Shown: positions 51,995-61,082 of the stretch, piece by piece
Layout of the letters: every line of letters starts with the position of its first letter
How positions within the stretch are numbered: the stretch's first letter is position 1
Assembly: GCA_963750165.1 (NCBI GenBank)
Contig: CAVVPN010000011.1
Location: 1,344,001 to 1,408,000, forward strand
Source: an uncultured Gemmataceae bacterium
GTDB taxonomy: Bacteria; Planctomycetota; Planctomycetia; Gemmatales; Gemmataceae
Direction: 5' to 3'
DNA length: 64,000 bases
Program-made: the position numbers and the translations under genes
Notes under the pieces: model-generated
What the model was told of the DNA's origin: nothing
The model's database searches: none
What the model saw: only the letters and a program-made list of their open reading frames with translations

Positions 51995-52294
51995 TTAAGG
52001 TTTTTCCGCCTGAGCGCACACGCACGGACTGTGGCGACAACCGGGACAGCCGTCGCCGTACTTGCGGCGCACCGCCGCGTCGAGGTCCACGCCGACGCCG
52101 TTGGCCAGCGTCGCCAGCCAGGCCAGCACATCGGCGAATTCGAGGGCCCGTTCTTCATCGGAGCCACCGCGCAGGGCCGTCGCCAGTTCGCCGACCTCTT
52201 GCATGAACCACATGAAGGTGCCCTCGACGCCGCGGCGCGCGTCCTTGGTGCCGTAGGTGGCGCGGATCAGGGCTTGTAGTTCGGAGAGGGTCAT
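51995..52294 (-). CDS. Single-domain MazG-like nucleotide pyrophosphohydrolase
   Basis: QEVGELA, EFADVLAWL, C-terminal CPGC...CVC. Confidence 0.85.
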   Translation of the reverse strand: MTLSELQALIRATYGTKDARRGVEGTFMWFMQEVGELATALRGGSDEERALEFADVLAWLATLANGVGVDLDAAVRRKYGDGCPGCRHSPCVCAQAEKP

Positions 52295-52300
52295 GCGTGG

Positions 52301-52651
52301 TTACACGGGCAGAAAGAGCACCTGATCCTGCCATTCGTCGTGTTCTGCGTCCACGGAAAGAAACAGCAACTCGTCAATAGCCTGGCCAATGGGCATTCGC
52401 AGTGGCACGGCAAAGACTCCGGGCATCGGCTTGCCGTCCGCAATACGTTGGTACGCAGCGGGCGGGACCGTTGCCAAGTCATGCGACAGCAACACACGCC
52501 CCTCACCGGCGGCCCACTCCAGGATGTCCGGGTCGGGCGTCTGCATAAGCCCCACATCTTGCACACGGACCAGGTCGAGATCGGGCTGCTGGCGCAACAA
52601 ACCCCGGACAATAGCACCGTTGAAGTTTTCGTCACTGACCAGCCGGAGCAT
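52301..52651 (-). CDS. DUF5615 PIN-like toxin
   Basis: LVSDENF, DPDILEWA, RVLLSHD; downstream of DUF433. Confidence 0.85.
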   Translation of the reverse strand: MLRLVSDENFNGAIVRGLLRQQPDLDLVRVQDVGLMQTPDPDILEWAAGEGRVLLSHDLATVPPAAYQRIADGKPMPGVFAVPLRMPIGQAIDELLFLSVDAEHDEWQDQVLFLPV

Positions 52652-52988
52652 GGGTCGTTTCCTTCGCGGCCCGACGTGCCAGCAAGCGCGCCCGCAGTTC
52701 AGCCCGATCGGGCTGGTTGGCCTCAATCCTGCGTCGAATCACCTCGGCCTCTTCTGCTCGTTTGCGTAGATAATCCTGCACCTCGGTCTTGTGTTGCAGA
52801 TACCACGCCAGCACCGCGTACACGTTGGCCAGGGAGAGCGTGTCAAAACTTTGGACAATGCCTTCGGGGGTCGCCCCGTCCTCAAAGGAGTAGACGACCA
52901 TCTCGAGCAAGACCCGCGTACCGGAAACGCGGTAACCACCCTGCCCATCCTCGAACAACGGCACAGCAACAGGAGTATCAATGTTCAT
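52632..52988 (-). CDS. DUF433 antitoxin
   Basis: VSGTRVLLE, GATPEGI, LSLANVYAVLAWY; overlaps the toxin start by 20 nt. Confidence 0.85.
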   Translation of the reverse strand: MNIDTPVAVPLFEDGQGGYRVSGTRVLLEMVVYSFEDGATPEGIVQSFDTLSLANVYAVLAWYLQHKTEVQDYLRKRAEEAEVIRRRIEANQPDRAELRARLLARRAAKETTHAPAGQ

Positions 52989-53052
52989 GATGGAGCCCGT
53001 GAGTTTCACAACCATCTAACTTATCGCCGCGGCGGATGGGCAGCAACCGCCG

Positions 53053-55704
53053 TCACGGCGCCAGCATCTTCCGCAGTTCCTGCAACTCCCCCATCTTCCC
53101 CTGCGCCTCCAGCGCCGCCTCAAGCACCTGCTGCGCCGGCCGGTCGAGCACGTCTATCTCCAGCGCCTGCCGGGCATAGCGCTCGGCCTCGGCGTGCTTG
53201 CCGGCCTTCGACAGCAGCGTCGCCAGCATCCGGCAGGCGCCGAGGTCGTCCGGCATGATCTTCACCAGATCCTTGAGCACGTCGGCCAGCGGCTCGGGCG
53301 CGTTCGTCTGCTTGAAAATCTGCGCCAGCTTCGTCAGCCAGGTCGTCTCATGCGGCTCAACCTTGCGCGCCTGCTCGAAGATCACTCCCGCCGCGGCGTA
53401 CTGCTTGTCAGCCAGGTATAGTTGCCCAAGCAACCCCAGCACACGCACGTCGTTCGTGTCCTTGACCGCTTGCAAAATCTCGATCGCTTCCTTGACGCCC
53501 TTGTCCTTTTCCGTCTCCAGCACCGCCCTGGCCAGTACGAAGGCCGCCAGCGGATGGTTCTTCACTTTCTCCCGCGCCGCCTCCGCCAACCGCTTCGCCT
53601 CCTTGATGTCGCCGATGCCCAGCAGCCGCTCGGCCAGCTTCGCCGCCAGGTCCGGGTCGTTCGGCGCCGCGGCGTGCGCCTTCTTCAATTCGTTCAAGGT
53701 TAACACCTTTTCCGGTGCCTTGCCCTGCTGCTTCTCGACCAACTTCGCCAGGTGTGCCCGATACGCTTTCTCGAAGTCCGCCTTCTCGACCTGGCAGACC
53801 TCGCGCAGCGCCGCCGCGGTGTCCTTGCCCTCGGCGAACGCCCGCAAAAAGCCGCCGACGGCCTTCGGGCCATAGGTCTCCCGCAGGAACTCGACGTACT
53901 GCAAACTTTGCAGATACGCCAGCGTCCACTCATCGATGGAGTTGGGCCGCACAAACGCGAGCTGGATGTTGTCGAGCGTGAGCAGGTCGCCGGCGGCGAC
54001 GCGCTCGCGCAGCAGGTGGTGCCAGCTGGGCGGCATCGGGTTGCCCTCGTAGCGCACTGCCAGGCCCTCGGTGAACCAGTGCGGAATCTTGAATTTCGTC
54101 TGGTCGAGGTTGAAGACGTGGACGAGTTCGTGCTTCAGCACGCGCGCCCAGTTGTACGGCTTGGCCAGCAGGCCGGAGGTCTCGCGCGGCGATGTCAGCG
54201 CCACCAGGCTGCCGGTGCAGGCGCCGATGGTGTGCAGGTCCGGCAGCGCCACGATGCGGCCGCTGAACAGGTCGTGTGTGTGGAACACCTCAATCAAAAT
54301 CGGCCCCTGCGGTTTGTACTCGAACTGCTTCGCCAGGTCCGCGTAGATGTCTTCCAGGTACTTCGCCATGAACCGGGCCAGCACCGTGTCGTTCTTTTTG
54401 TTGAAGCGGATGACGAAGTGCTCGGTCTTGAGCGTGTCGTAGGTGTCGAGGGCGTCGAGCACCTTCAGCGAGTTGAAAACGCGGACATTGAACTTGTCGA
54501 TGACCTGCGCCTTCTCCAGCTCGTCGCGGGCCTCGACTTCCTTGCCCAGGCGCATGTACAGGATGCCGAGTTGGTTGCGGGCGGTGGCCAGCGTCGGCCG
54601 CAGCTTGATCGCCTTCCGGTAATACTTCTCGGCGTCGCCGAAGCGACGGCGACCCTCCAACCGCTCGGCCAGGTCGCCGTAGAAGGCGCTCGGCTTGAGC
54701 GTCTGCTTCTCCGCCTTCGCGACCACGGCGGCGAACTCGCGCTCCTTGCCCTGCAACAGCTGGCAGGCGGCGACACGGGCCAGGGTGGACTCCTCGCGCG
54801 GATTGACGGCCAGGGCCTGTTCCAGAAACTTCAGCGCCGCGGGCACGTCGCCGGCGGACAGCAGCACGTCGGCACGCAGACGCAGCGCAGCGGTCAGGTG
54901 CGGGTTGACTTTCAGGGCGCGTTTGGCCATCAGGTCGGCTTCGGGCAGTTCCATGCGTTGCAGGGCGGTCTGGCCGCGGGCGGCGAGCACGTCGGCGGCG
55001 CGTTCGTTGATGGCCAGCGCCTTGTTGAACGCCGCGTCGGCGCGGCGGTTGTCGTACTTCTCCAGGGCGATGCAGCCCGTGTGATACCACGCCGGCCAGT
55101 AGTCCTTGTCGCGCTTCAGGACCGTGGGGTAGACCTCGTTGATGACGAAGCCGTACTGGTCCGACAATTTCACGTCCCAGCGCGCCCGCTCCACCGCCGC
55201 CAGGCCGACCAGCAGAAACGCCTCGGGGTCCTCGATGTCCTGCTTTTCGTAGGTGCGGATGAACCAGAGCGTTTCCTGGCTGGACTTGAACAGTTCGCCG
55301 CGGTCGCGGTACAGCTGGGCCAGCACCCAGTGCGCCAGGAACTGGTTCCTGTCCTGCCGGGTCGCTTCGAGGGCGGCCGTCCTGGCGTCGTCCCAGCGGC
55401 CACGCTGGAACAGCACCTCGGCGCGGCGGGCGAGCAGGTCGGCGTTCTTCGGGTGGTCCTTGAGGACGGCGTCCAGGGTGGTCAAGGCCTGGTTGTAGCG
55501 GCCGGTGGCCTGGAACACCTGGGCCAACCCGACGGTGGCGGCGACGCGGTCGTCGGGCTGTTTGACGAGGGCCTCGAACTGGGCCTGGGCCTCGGCGTAA
55601 TTGCCGCGGAGCAGGCGCGTGCGGGCTTCCTTGAGGGCGGGACCGTCGGCATGGGTGGTGGTTGTGGCGGCCACCGCGATCAAACAGGCACAAAAAAACT
55701 TCAT
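53053..55704 (-). CDS. Secreted TPR protein with peptidase MA-like (gluzincin) domain
   Basis: Many TPRs; VLKHELVH ... WFTEGLA. Confidence 0.85.
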   Translation of the reverse strand: MKFFCACLIAVAATTTTHADGPALKEARTRLLRGNYAEAQAQFEALVKQPDDRVAATVGLAQVFQATGRYNQALTTLDAVLKDHPKNADLLARRAEVLFQRGRWDDARTAALEATRQDRNQFLAHWVLAQLYRDRGELFKSSQETLWFIRTYEKQDIEDPEAFLLVGLAAVERARWDVKLSDQYGFVINEVYPTVLKRDKDYWPAWYHTGCIALEKYDNRRADAAFNKALAINERAADVLAARGQTALQRMELPEADLMAKRALKVNPHLTAALRLRADVLLSAGDVPAALKFLEQALAVNPREESTLARVAACQLLQGKEREFAAVVAKAEKQTLKPSAFYGDLAERLEGRRRFGDAEKYYRKAIKLRPTLATARNQLGILYMRLGKEVEARDELEKAQVIDKFNVRVFNSLKVLDALDTYDTLKTEHFVIRFNKKNDTVLARFMAKYLEDIYADLAKQFEYKPQGPILIEVFHTHDLFSGRIVALPDLHTIGACTGSLVALTSPRETSGLLAKPYNWARVLKHELVHVFNLDQTKFKIPHWFTEGLAVRYEGNPMPPSWHHLLRERVAAGDLLTLDNIQLAFVRPNSIDEWTLAYLQSLQYVEFLRETYGPKAVGGFLRAFAEGKDTAAALREVCQVEKADFEKAYRAHLAKLVEKQQGKAPEKVLTLNELKKAHAAAPNDPDLAAKLAERLLGIGDIKEAKRLAEAAREKVKNHPLAAFVLARAVLETEKDKGVKEAIEILQAVKDTNDVRVLGLLGQLYLADKQYAAAGVIFEQARKVEPHETTWLTKLAQIFKQTNAPEPLADVLKDLVKIMPDDLGACRMLATLLSKAGKHAEAERYARQALEIDVLDRPAQQVLEAALEAQGKMGELQELRKMLAP

Positions 55705-55832
55705 CGGCAAGGTCTCGCGGGAACTGGGGCCAGCGTCGTTGTTACATTAGCCGTCGCCGGGCCAAAACGCAAGGAGACGACCGCAACGTCTGCCACCGGC
55801 CTCCTCGGTTCCCTGCTAGAGCGGTTCGCAGT

Positions 55833-55902
55833 TGGTTGTAGCGGAAGTCGCCAGACTTCCGTCCGGTGCTGCTCGGAAGTCTGGCGACTTCCGCTACAAC
55901 CA
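55833..55902. repeat. 29-bp perfect inverted repeat of GTAG-type REP units
   Basis: TGGTTGTAGCGGAAGTCGCCAGACTTCCG and its exact reverse complement. Confidence 0.9.
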
Positions 55903-56161
55903 TTCGCAATCTGCAATAGCCTGGAGGATTCACCGCAGAGAACGCAGAGAGAAGACCAAAGAATCGATCCACAGATGACACCGATGAACCCAGATAAAAA
56001 CCAATTCAACTTTCTTTATCTGGGGTCATCTGTGGATCCTCTTCTGTCTTTTCTCTGCGCGCTCTGCGTGCTCCGTGGTGAATTATCCGGGCCTGGAGCG
56101 GTTGCAGTAGCGGGCCGCGTGTTCTACAGTGGAGCGGCAGCCAGAGGGAAGAGGATTTGCC

Positions 56162-56926
56162 ATGAGCGACACCGATCTGGAACAGCGGCTCAGCCGCATT
56201 TCGACGCTGTGGACCGTGGTGTTCCAGGCACACGGCGGCGCGAACGCCGCTGACGCGCAGAGCCGGCTGGTGCGCCGCTACGGCCGGGCGATTTACCGCT
56301 ATCTCCTGGGGGCCGTTCGCGACCCCGACGCCGCCGAGGAACTGGCCCAGGAGTTCGCGTTGAGCCTCGTCCGCGGGGCGTTCAAGCGCGTCAGTCCCGA
56401 GCGCGGCCGCTTCCGCGATTACGTCAAGGCCGTCCTCAGCAACGCTGTGACGAGTTACCGCCGCCGTCAGCAGCGCCAGCCGCTGAACGCCGAGTCGGTG
56501 GTGCTCCAGGGCGCCGCCGCGCCGCCGGAGGAAGTGGACTCCGACGCGGACTTCCTCCAGCACTGGCGCGAGGAACTGCTGGCGCGCACCTGGGAGGCCC
56601 TGCAGCGCGCCGAGCAGAACGGCAAACAGCAGTACCACACGCTGCTGCACTTCCGCTCCAGCCACCCGGAGTTGTCCTCGGCGGACATGGCCCGGGAGTT
56701 CAGCGTTCGCCTGGGCCGCGCCGTCAGCGCCGACGCCATCCGCCAGACACTGCACCGCGCCCGCGAACTGTTCGCTCAGCTGCTGCTGGAGGAGGTCGGC
56801 ACGTCGCTGGAAACGGACGACCTGGATCGCGTTGAGCAGGAGCTGATCGACCTGGAGTTGCTGCCGTTCTGCCAGGACGCCGTGCGGCGCCAGCGGCAGC
56901 GCGTGGAGAAGGCCGGCGGCCCCTGA
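56162..56926 (+). CDS. ECF sigma factor, planctomycete type
   Basis: LSRISTLW, DAAEELAQEF, PERGRFRDYVK, IRQTLHRAR. Confidence 0.85.
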   Translation: MSDTDLEQRLSRISTLWTVVFQAHGGANAADAQSRLVRRYGRAIYRYLLGAVRDPDAAEELAQEFALSLVRGAFKRVSPERGRFRDYVKAVLSNAVTSYRRRQQRQPLNAESVVLQGAAAPPEEVDSDADFLQHWREELLARTWEALQRAEQNGKQQYHTLLHFRSSHPELSSADMAREFSVRLGRAVSADAIRQTLHRARELFAQLLLEEVGTSLETDDLDRVEQELIDLELLPFCQDAVRRQRQRVEKAGGP

Positions 56927-57018
56927 CTGGCTTGTTCCTGATCGGAGCCCGAGCGCCAGCGCGGGGCAGCGCTGGCGCTCGGGCTCCGACCCACCACGAA
57001 CATTATCCGCTCACGGGA

Positions 57019-57648
57019 TCACTCCCGCGTCTGGAGGTGTTCGTCCGGCGGCAGTGGACGGCGAAACTCCAGAATGCCATCCTCGGGCGGCTCCCGCGGC
57101 GTCGGCGGCATGGCTGGCGACCGCGCCGGAAAGACCACGTACAGCAGCAGCAGCGCCAGCACGCCCAGGCCGAGCCCGTAGACCCACGGGTACGCCAACC
57201 GGAACCCCAGCGCCACCACCCAGCCCAGCGCCACCAGACAGCCGAAGCCGACCGCCGCTTCGAGGAAGCGGGCGGCACCGGCGTGCGCCAGCACCCAGGC
57301 GAAGGCGCCGAAGCCCACAGCCGTCAGCACCAGCAGGCCGAGTATACGCAGCGAATCGCGGCGAAAGTCCTCGGAGAAGATCAGGTCGCGTGCCGGCTCG
57401 ATCAGCAGCCCTGCCGTCACCAGCGTGCCGGCCAGCAGCAGGCCGTCGCAGGCACCGACCAGCGCCCCGGTAGCGGTGCGCGACAGGCGGGTGTCGAGGA
57501 CGCGCTGGACGGCCCGCACGACGCCCAGGCCGACCGCCGTGCCAACGGCGTTGCCACGGCGCCAGCTCAGCGCGCTGACGACGCCACCGAACAGCGTCCC
57601 CAGGCCCACCACGGCCAGGCACCACAGCAGCACGACGAGTTCGGTCAT
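57019..57648 (-). CDS. Hypothetical integral membrane protein
   Basis: About 5 hydrophobic helices; co-oriented downstream of the M42 peptidase. Confidence 0.65.
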   Translation of the reverse strand: MTELVVLLWCLAVVGLGTLFGGVVSALSWRRGNAVGTAVGLGVVRAVQRVLDTRLSRTATGALVGACDGLLLAGTLVTAGLLIEPARDLIFSEDFRRDSLRILGLLVLTAVGFGAFAWVLAHAGAARFLEAAVGFGCLVALGWVVALGFRLAYPWVYGLGLGVLALLLLYVVFPARSPAMPPTPREPPEDGILEFRRPLPPDEHLQTRE

Positions 57649-57670
57649 GGGCCGGTCTCCGAGTGGTCGG

Positions 57671-58729
57671 TCACGGCGTCCAGTCGGTTTGTGGCGTGAC
57701 GGCGGCGCAGAACTCCGCCAGCAACCGGGCGGCGCGGTCCAGGTCGTCCAGATGTACCACTTCCACGGGGCTGTGCATGTAGCGATTCGGGATGCCGACC
57801 AGTGCCGTGGCGACGCCATCGCGCGCCAGCTGCATGGCGTTGGCGTCGGTGCCGGTGGCGCGTGGTGCGCCGCGCACCTGCACGGCGATCTCCCGATCCT
57901 TCGCGGCGGCCTGCAGGTGCTCCAGCACACGCGGATTGATGTTCGGGCCGCGGAACAGCACCGGGCCGCCGCCCAGTTTGGTGTCGCCGAGCTGCTTCTT
58001 GTCGTTGCCGGGCGTGTCGGTCGCGTGGCACACGTCCACCGCCACGCCCACCTGCGGGTGGATGCCGTAGGCGCTCGTCGTCGCGCCGCGCAGGCCGATC
58101 TCCTCCTGCACGGTCGAGACGCAGTAGACCGCCGCCTTCAGCGGGCGGCCCTGCAACAGCCGCAGCGTCTCCATCACCACCCAGACGCCCCCCTTGTCGT
58201 CGAGGGCCGGCGAACTGATCAAACTGTTGCGCAGTTCGCGCACGCCCAGTTCCGCGGTGACCGGGTCGCCCGCCTGCACCAGCGCCTCGGCGTCCTTGCG
58301 GTCCCTGGCGCCGATGTCGATCCACACGTCCTGGAACTGCGGCACCTTGTTGCGTTCCTCACTGGTCAGCAGGTGCGGTGCCTTGCGCGACACGACGCCC
58401 GGCACCGGGCCTTGCCCTGTCCACACCGTCAGCGCCTGGCCCAGCAGGATCTGCATGTCCCAGCCGCCGATGGGCTGCACATAAAGGTAGCCATTGTCGT
58501 CGATGTGCTGCACCATCAGGCCGATCTGGTCGCAGTGGCCGGCGAGCATGACGCGCGGCTGGCCGCCGGGGTTGACCACCGCCACGACGTTGCCGTGCCG
58601 GTCGGTGCGTACCTCCTGCGCCAGCGGCTGCGCCGACTGGCGCACCACGTCTTGAATCGGACGTTCGTAGCCGGAAGGGCTGGGGGTTTCGAGGAGTTTT
58701 TTCAGAAAGGTGTAGGACGGCTCGTGCAT
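57671..58729 (-). CDS. M42 family metallo-aminopeptidase
   Basis: PSPSGYE, GHCDQIG, ALDDK, QEEIGLRGA, RYMHSPVE. Confidence 0.93.
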   Translation of the reverse strand: MHEPSYTFLKKLLETPSPSGYERPIQDVVRQSAQPLAQEVRTDRHGNVVAVVNPGGQPRVMLAGHCDQIGLMVQHIDDNGYLYVQPIGGWDMQILLGQALTVWTGQGPVPGVVSRKAPHLLTSEERNKVPQFQDVWIDIGARDRKDAEALVQAGDPVTAELGVRELRNSLISSPALDDKGGVWVVMETLRLLQGRPLKAAVYCVSTVQEEIGLRGATTSAYGIHPQVGVAVDVCHATDTPGNDKKQLGDTKLGGGPVLFRGPNINPRVLEHLQAAAKDREIAVQVRGAPRATGTDANAMQLARDGVATALVGIPNRYMHSPVEVVHLDDLDRAARLLAEFCAAVTPQTDWTP

Positions 58730-58801
58730 GGCCTGCGTTCTCGGAGGGAAACGAATCAGTCACCCTCCGCATTATATCATCCGCTCCGCCACGAGTCCGC
58801 G

Positions 58802-59605
58802 TTAACGTTTGCCGTCGGCGCGGACCTTGAGCCAGACGACGCGCTCGACGCCGGGCACACCGGTGAGGGTGCGCGACAGCGCGTGCAGATCCTCCCAGCG
58901 CGGCACCACGCCGCTGATGGAGACGACGCCGTCGCGCACGTCGAACCGTAGCCGGCGGTAGCGGTCGTCGGCCCGGGTCAGCCGTTGCACCTGAGCGATC
59001 AGGACATCCGTCTCATCCTCGGGCGGGGGGGCCAGCGGGTTCACGCGCGACACCGGTTGCATGACGCTCGGCGTCGGGGCCGGTACGCCGATCTGGATGA
59101 CGGGCAGCAGCGTGACCGTGACGGTGGCCGCGGGGGTTCGGGGGCGTTCCCGCAGCCGGGACGGTTCGAGCTTGAGCGCGTCCGGCGACCAGGGCACCCA
59201 GGTCATGGGGGCCGTGTCGCGTTTGACCGTCAGGTCTGGCGGCGGTTCGGGCGCGGGCTTCACCGGCTGCGGTGGTGGGCTATCGATCCGCGGTCGCGGT
59301 GGGGCTCCGAGGTGACACTCGTTGCGCACGTCGCGGACCTCCGGCACCCGGCGGGCGCACTCCACGGCCCGCTGCACCAGTGCCTTCGTTGGCAGCGGGC
59401 CGCGCAGAGTGACCACGCCTTTCCGGACGCTCACGATGAGGTGATCCAGTTGCGGTTCCGTTTGCAACGCTGCGAGCACGCGGCTTTCCAGGCGAACATC
59501 CGGGTCGAAGTCGGCGGCCGCAGCCGTGCCGGCTGGCAAACCGACTGCGAGGACCAGGGCCGCGAACCGAAGCAGCAGACCAGGATGGACTCGTTGGCGC
59601 GACAT
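58802..59605 (-). CDS. Dual BON-domain protein
   Basis: VSVRKGVVTLRG...VPEVRDVRN and DVRDGVVSISG...VPGVERV; signal peptide. Confidence 0.82.
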   Translation of the reverse strand: MSRQRVHPGLLLRFAALVLAVGLPAGTAAAADFDPDVRLESRVLAALQTEPQLDHLIVSVRKGVVTLRGPLPTKALVQRAVECARRVPEVRDVRNECHLGAPPRPRIDSPPPQPVKPAPEPPPDLTVKRDTAPMTWVPWSPDALKLEPSRLRERPRTPAATVTVTLLPVIQIGVPAPTPSVMQPVSRVNPLAPPPEDETDVLIAQVQRLTRADDRYRRLRFDVRDGVVSISGVVPRWEDLHALSRTLTGVPGVERVVWLKVRADGKR

Positions 59606-59828
59606 GGCCGACACTCGAAAAGAAGGGGCTACTGGGCTGACAGACTAATTGTGGCGGCTTCTGCCCAGGAAAGAAATGGCCAGCGGCACCTTCCGAGAGC
59701 GAATCCGACGGCCGGACAAGAAAGCCTGCGTCGTGTAGGAGTTGTGTGGCCCTCGCTTGCGCGTTGGGTTGGTGGGGGACGCCGGAACGGCTGGAGGCTG
59801 GGCTAGAGCGGTTCGCGTTTGGGTAGCG

Positions 59829-59903
59829 CACAAGTCGTGGGACGGCTCTCCAGAGCCGTCAGCGTTCTCCCGACGGCTCTGGAGAGCCGTCCCACGACTT
59901 GTG
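59829..59903. repeat. 32-bp perfect inverted repeat of GTGG-type REP units
   Basis: CACAAGTCGTGGGACGGCTCTCCAGAGCCGTC and its exact reverse complement. Confidence 0.9.
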
Positions 59904-59925
59904 GTCCACGCGACTGGGAACCGCT

Positions 59926-60606
59926 CTAGGAGGCCTTTTTCTTTCCCGGCCCTTTCACCAGCGCGGTGATCCCCTTGAGCACCTCCTGCGTGGCCCCGGC
60001 GTTAAACTTCGCCTCGGGGAACGCCAGCACCTGCTCCACCTTCAGCTTGTTGTACAGCACCACCGTGACGCCGGGCTTCGGCGACAGATTGTAACTCTTC
60101 GGCGCCTCCGGCATGTACGCCGCCACGACGTACTTGAGAGCGGACTTCTTGACGAGCGTCTGCAGCCGCTCCTCCAGCTTGGTGCGCACCTGGGCTTCCT
60201 TGATGAGCGCGTCCGGGTCGTCGATCTTGGGCTCGGTCGCGGAGCTTTTGGCGTCTGGCGTGATGAAAACGGTGTAGCCGCTCAGGAAGCTGATTTTTCG
60301 GTTCCGTTCCACCGCTTTCTCGATGGCCTTGAGGTAGTCCTCGATGGCCTGTGGGTTGGTGTCCGGCCCTTCGCGGATGAAGGTCATCACGACGGGGTTG
60401 AGCTGGTACTCGCACACCATGCAGTGCGGATGGCCGACGCGCTCCTTGGCCGCCGTGCCGTCCGGAGCGTTGAGGTTGATCGCCTGGAAGGAACCGGGCA
60501 GGTTCTTGCCCGGCGTCGGCCCCGATTTGAACTCGTCGCCGGCGTGCAGCACGCCGAGGGTGGCCAGCAGGGTGGTGACGGTGAGCGGCAGCCAGCGCTT
60601 GCGCAT
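59926..60606 (-). CDS. Exported hypothetical protein with CxxC (thioredoxin-like fold possible)
   Basis: Signal peptide; KSGP.PG; HCMVCEY. Confidence 0.65.
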   Translation of the reverse strand: MRKRWLPLTVTTLLATLGVLHAGDEFKSGPTPGKNLPGSFQAINLNAPDGTAAKERVGHPHCMVCEYQLNPVVMTFIREGPDTNPQAIEDYLKAIEKAVERNRKISFLSGYTVFITPDAKSSATEPKIDDPDALIKEAQVRTKLEERLQTLVKKSALKYVVAAYMPEAPKSYNLSPKPGVTVVLYNKLKVEQVLAFPEAKFNAGATQEVLKGITALVKGPGKKKAS

Positions 60607-61082
60607 GGGGGCACCTTTCAGTTCACCTGAAGAAATCTCCATCTTTCAACATCGCACGGTCCGGCGGCGACGTCAATGGCGCGGAGCAGGTTGGTCCGGG
60701 AATTGCCGGGAAAGTTTACCGGAGAAGCGCAAACAACCGCCCCCGGCCACGGCCGGCCGGGGACGGTTGGAGGGAGTCCGCCAGGCGGGGTGCCTGCACC
60801 TGGCGGAAGCCCTGGGGGGGGCCGGCTGCCGGGCGGATGATTGGGGAGCGTCCAAATGATTCTGAGCGGCGTCCACGCCCGGCCGGGGGAGCTGGCCCGG
60901 CTGGATCGGCACCTCGACGGCAAACCGCTGCCGCCCGTCCAGGCCGCGGAACTGGTGCGAACACTGGCGACGGAGCAGGCCGAGGGCCACATCCGGGACA
61001 TCGGGCCGGCGCCGGTAGCTCGCAGCACCGGCGGGCTTACGCCGCGCCGCTCGCCGACGTGTTCGTTTTGTCCGGTTGCGGC

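Noticed and set aside
53752..56253. Long alternative ORFs (833 aa here; also 18159-20357, 20237-22315, 8047-9654, 10800-12485, 60837-62747)
   Set aside because: Antisense shadows of well-supported genes, expected at high GC; no recognisable motifs.
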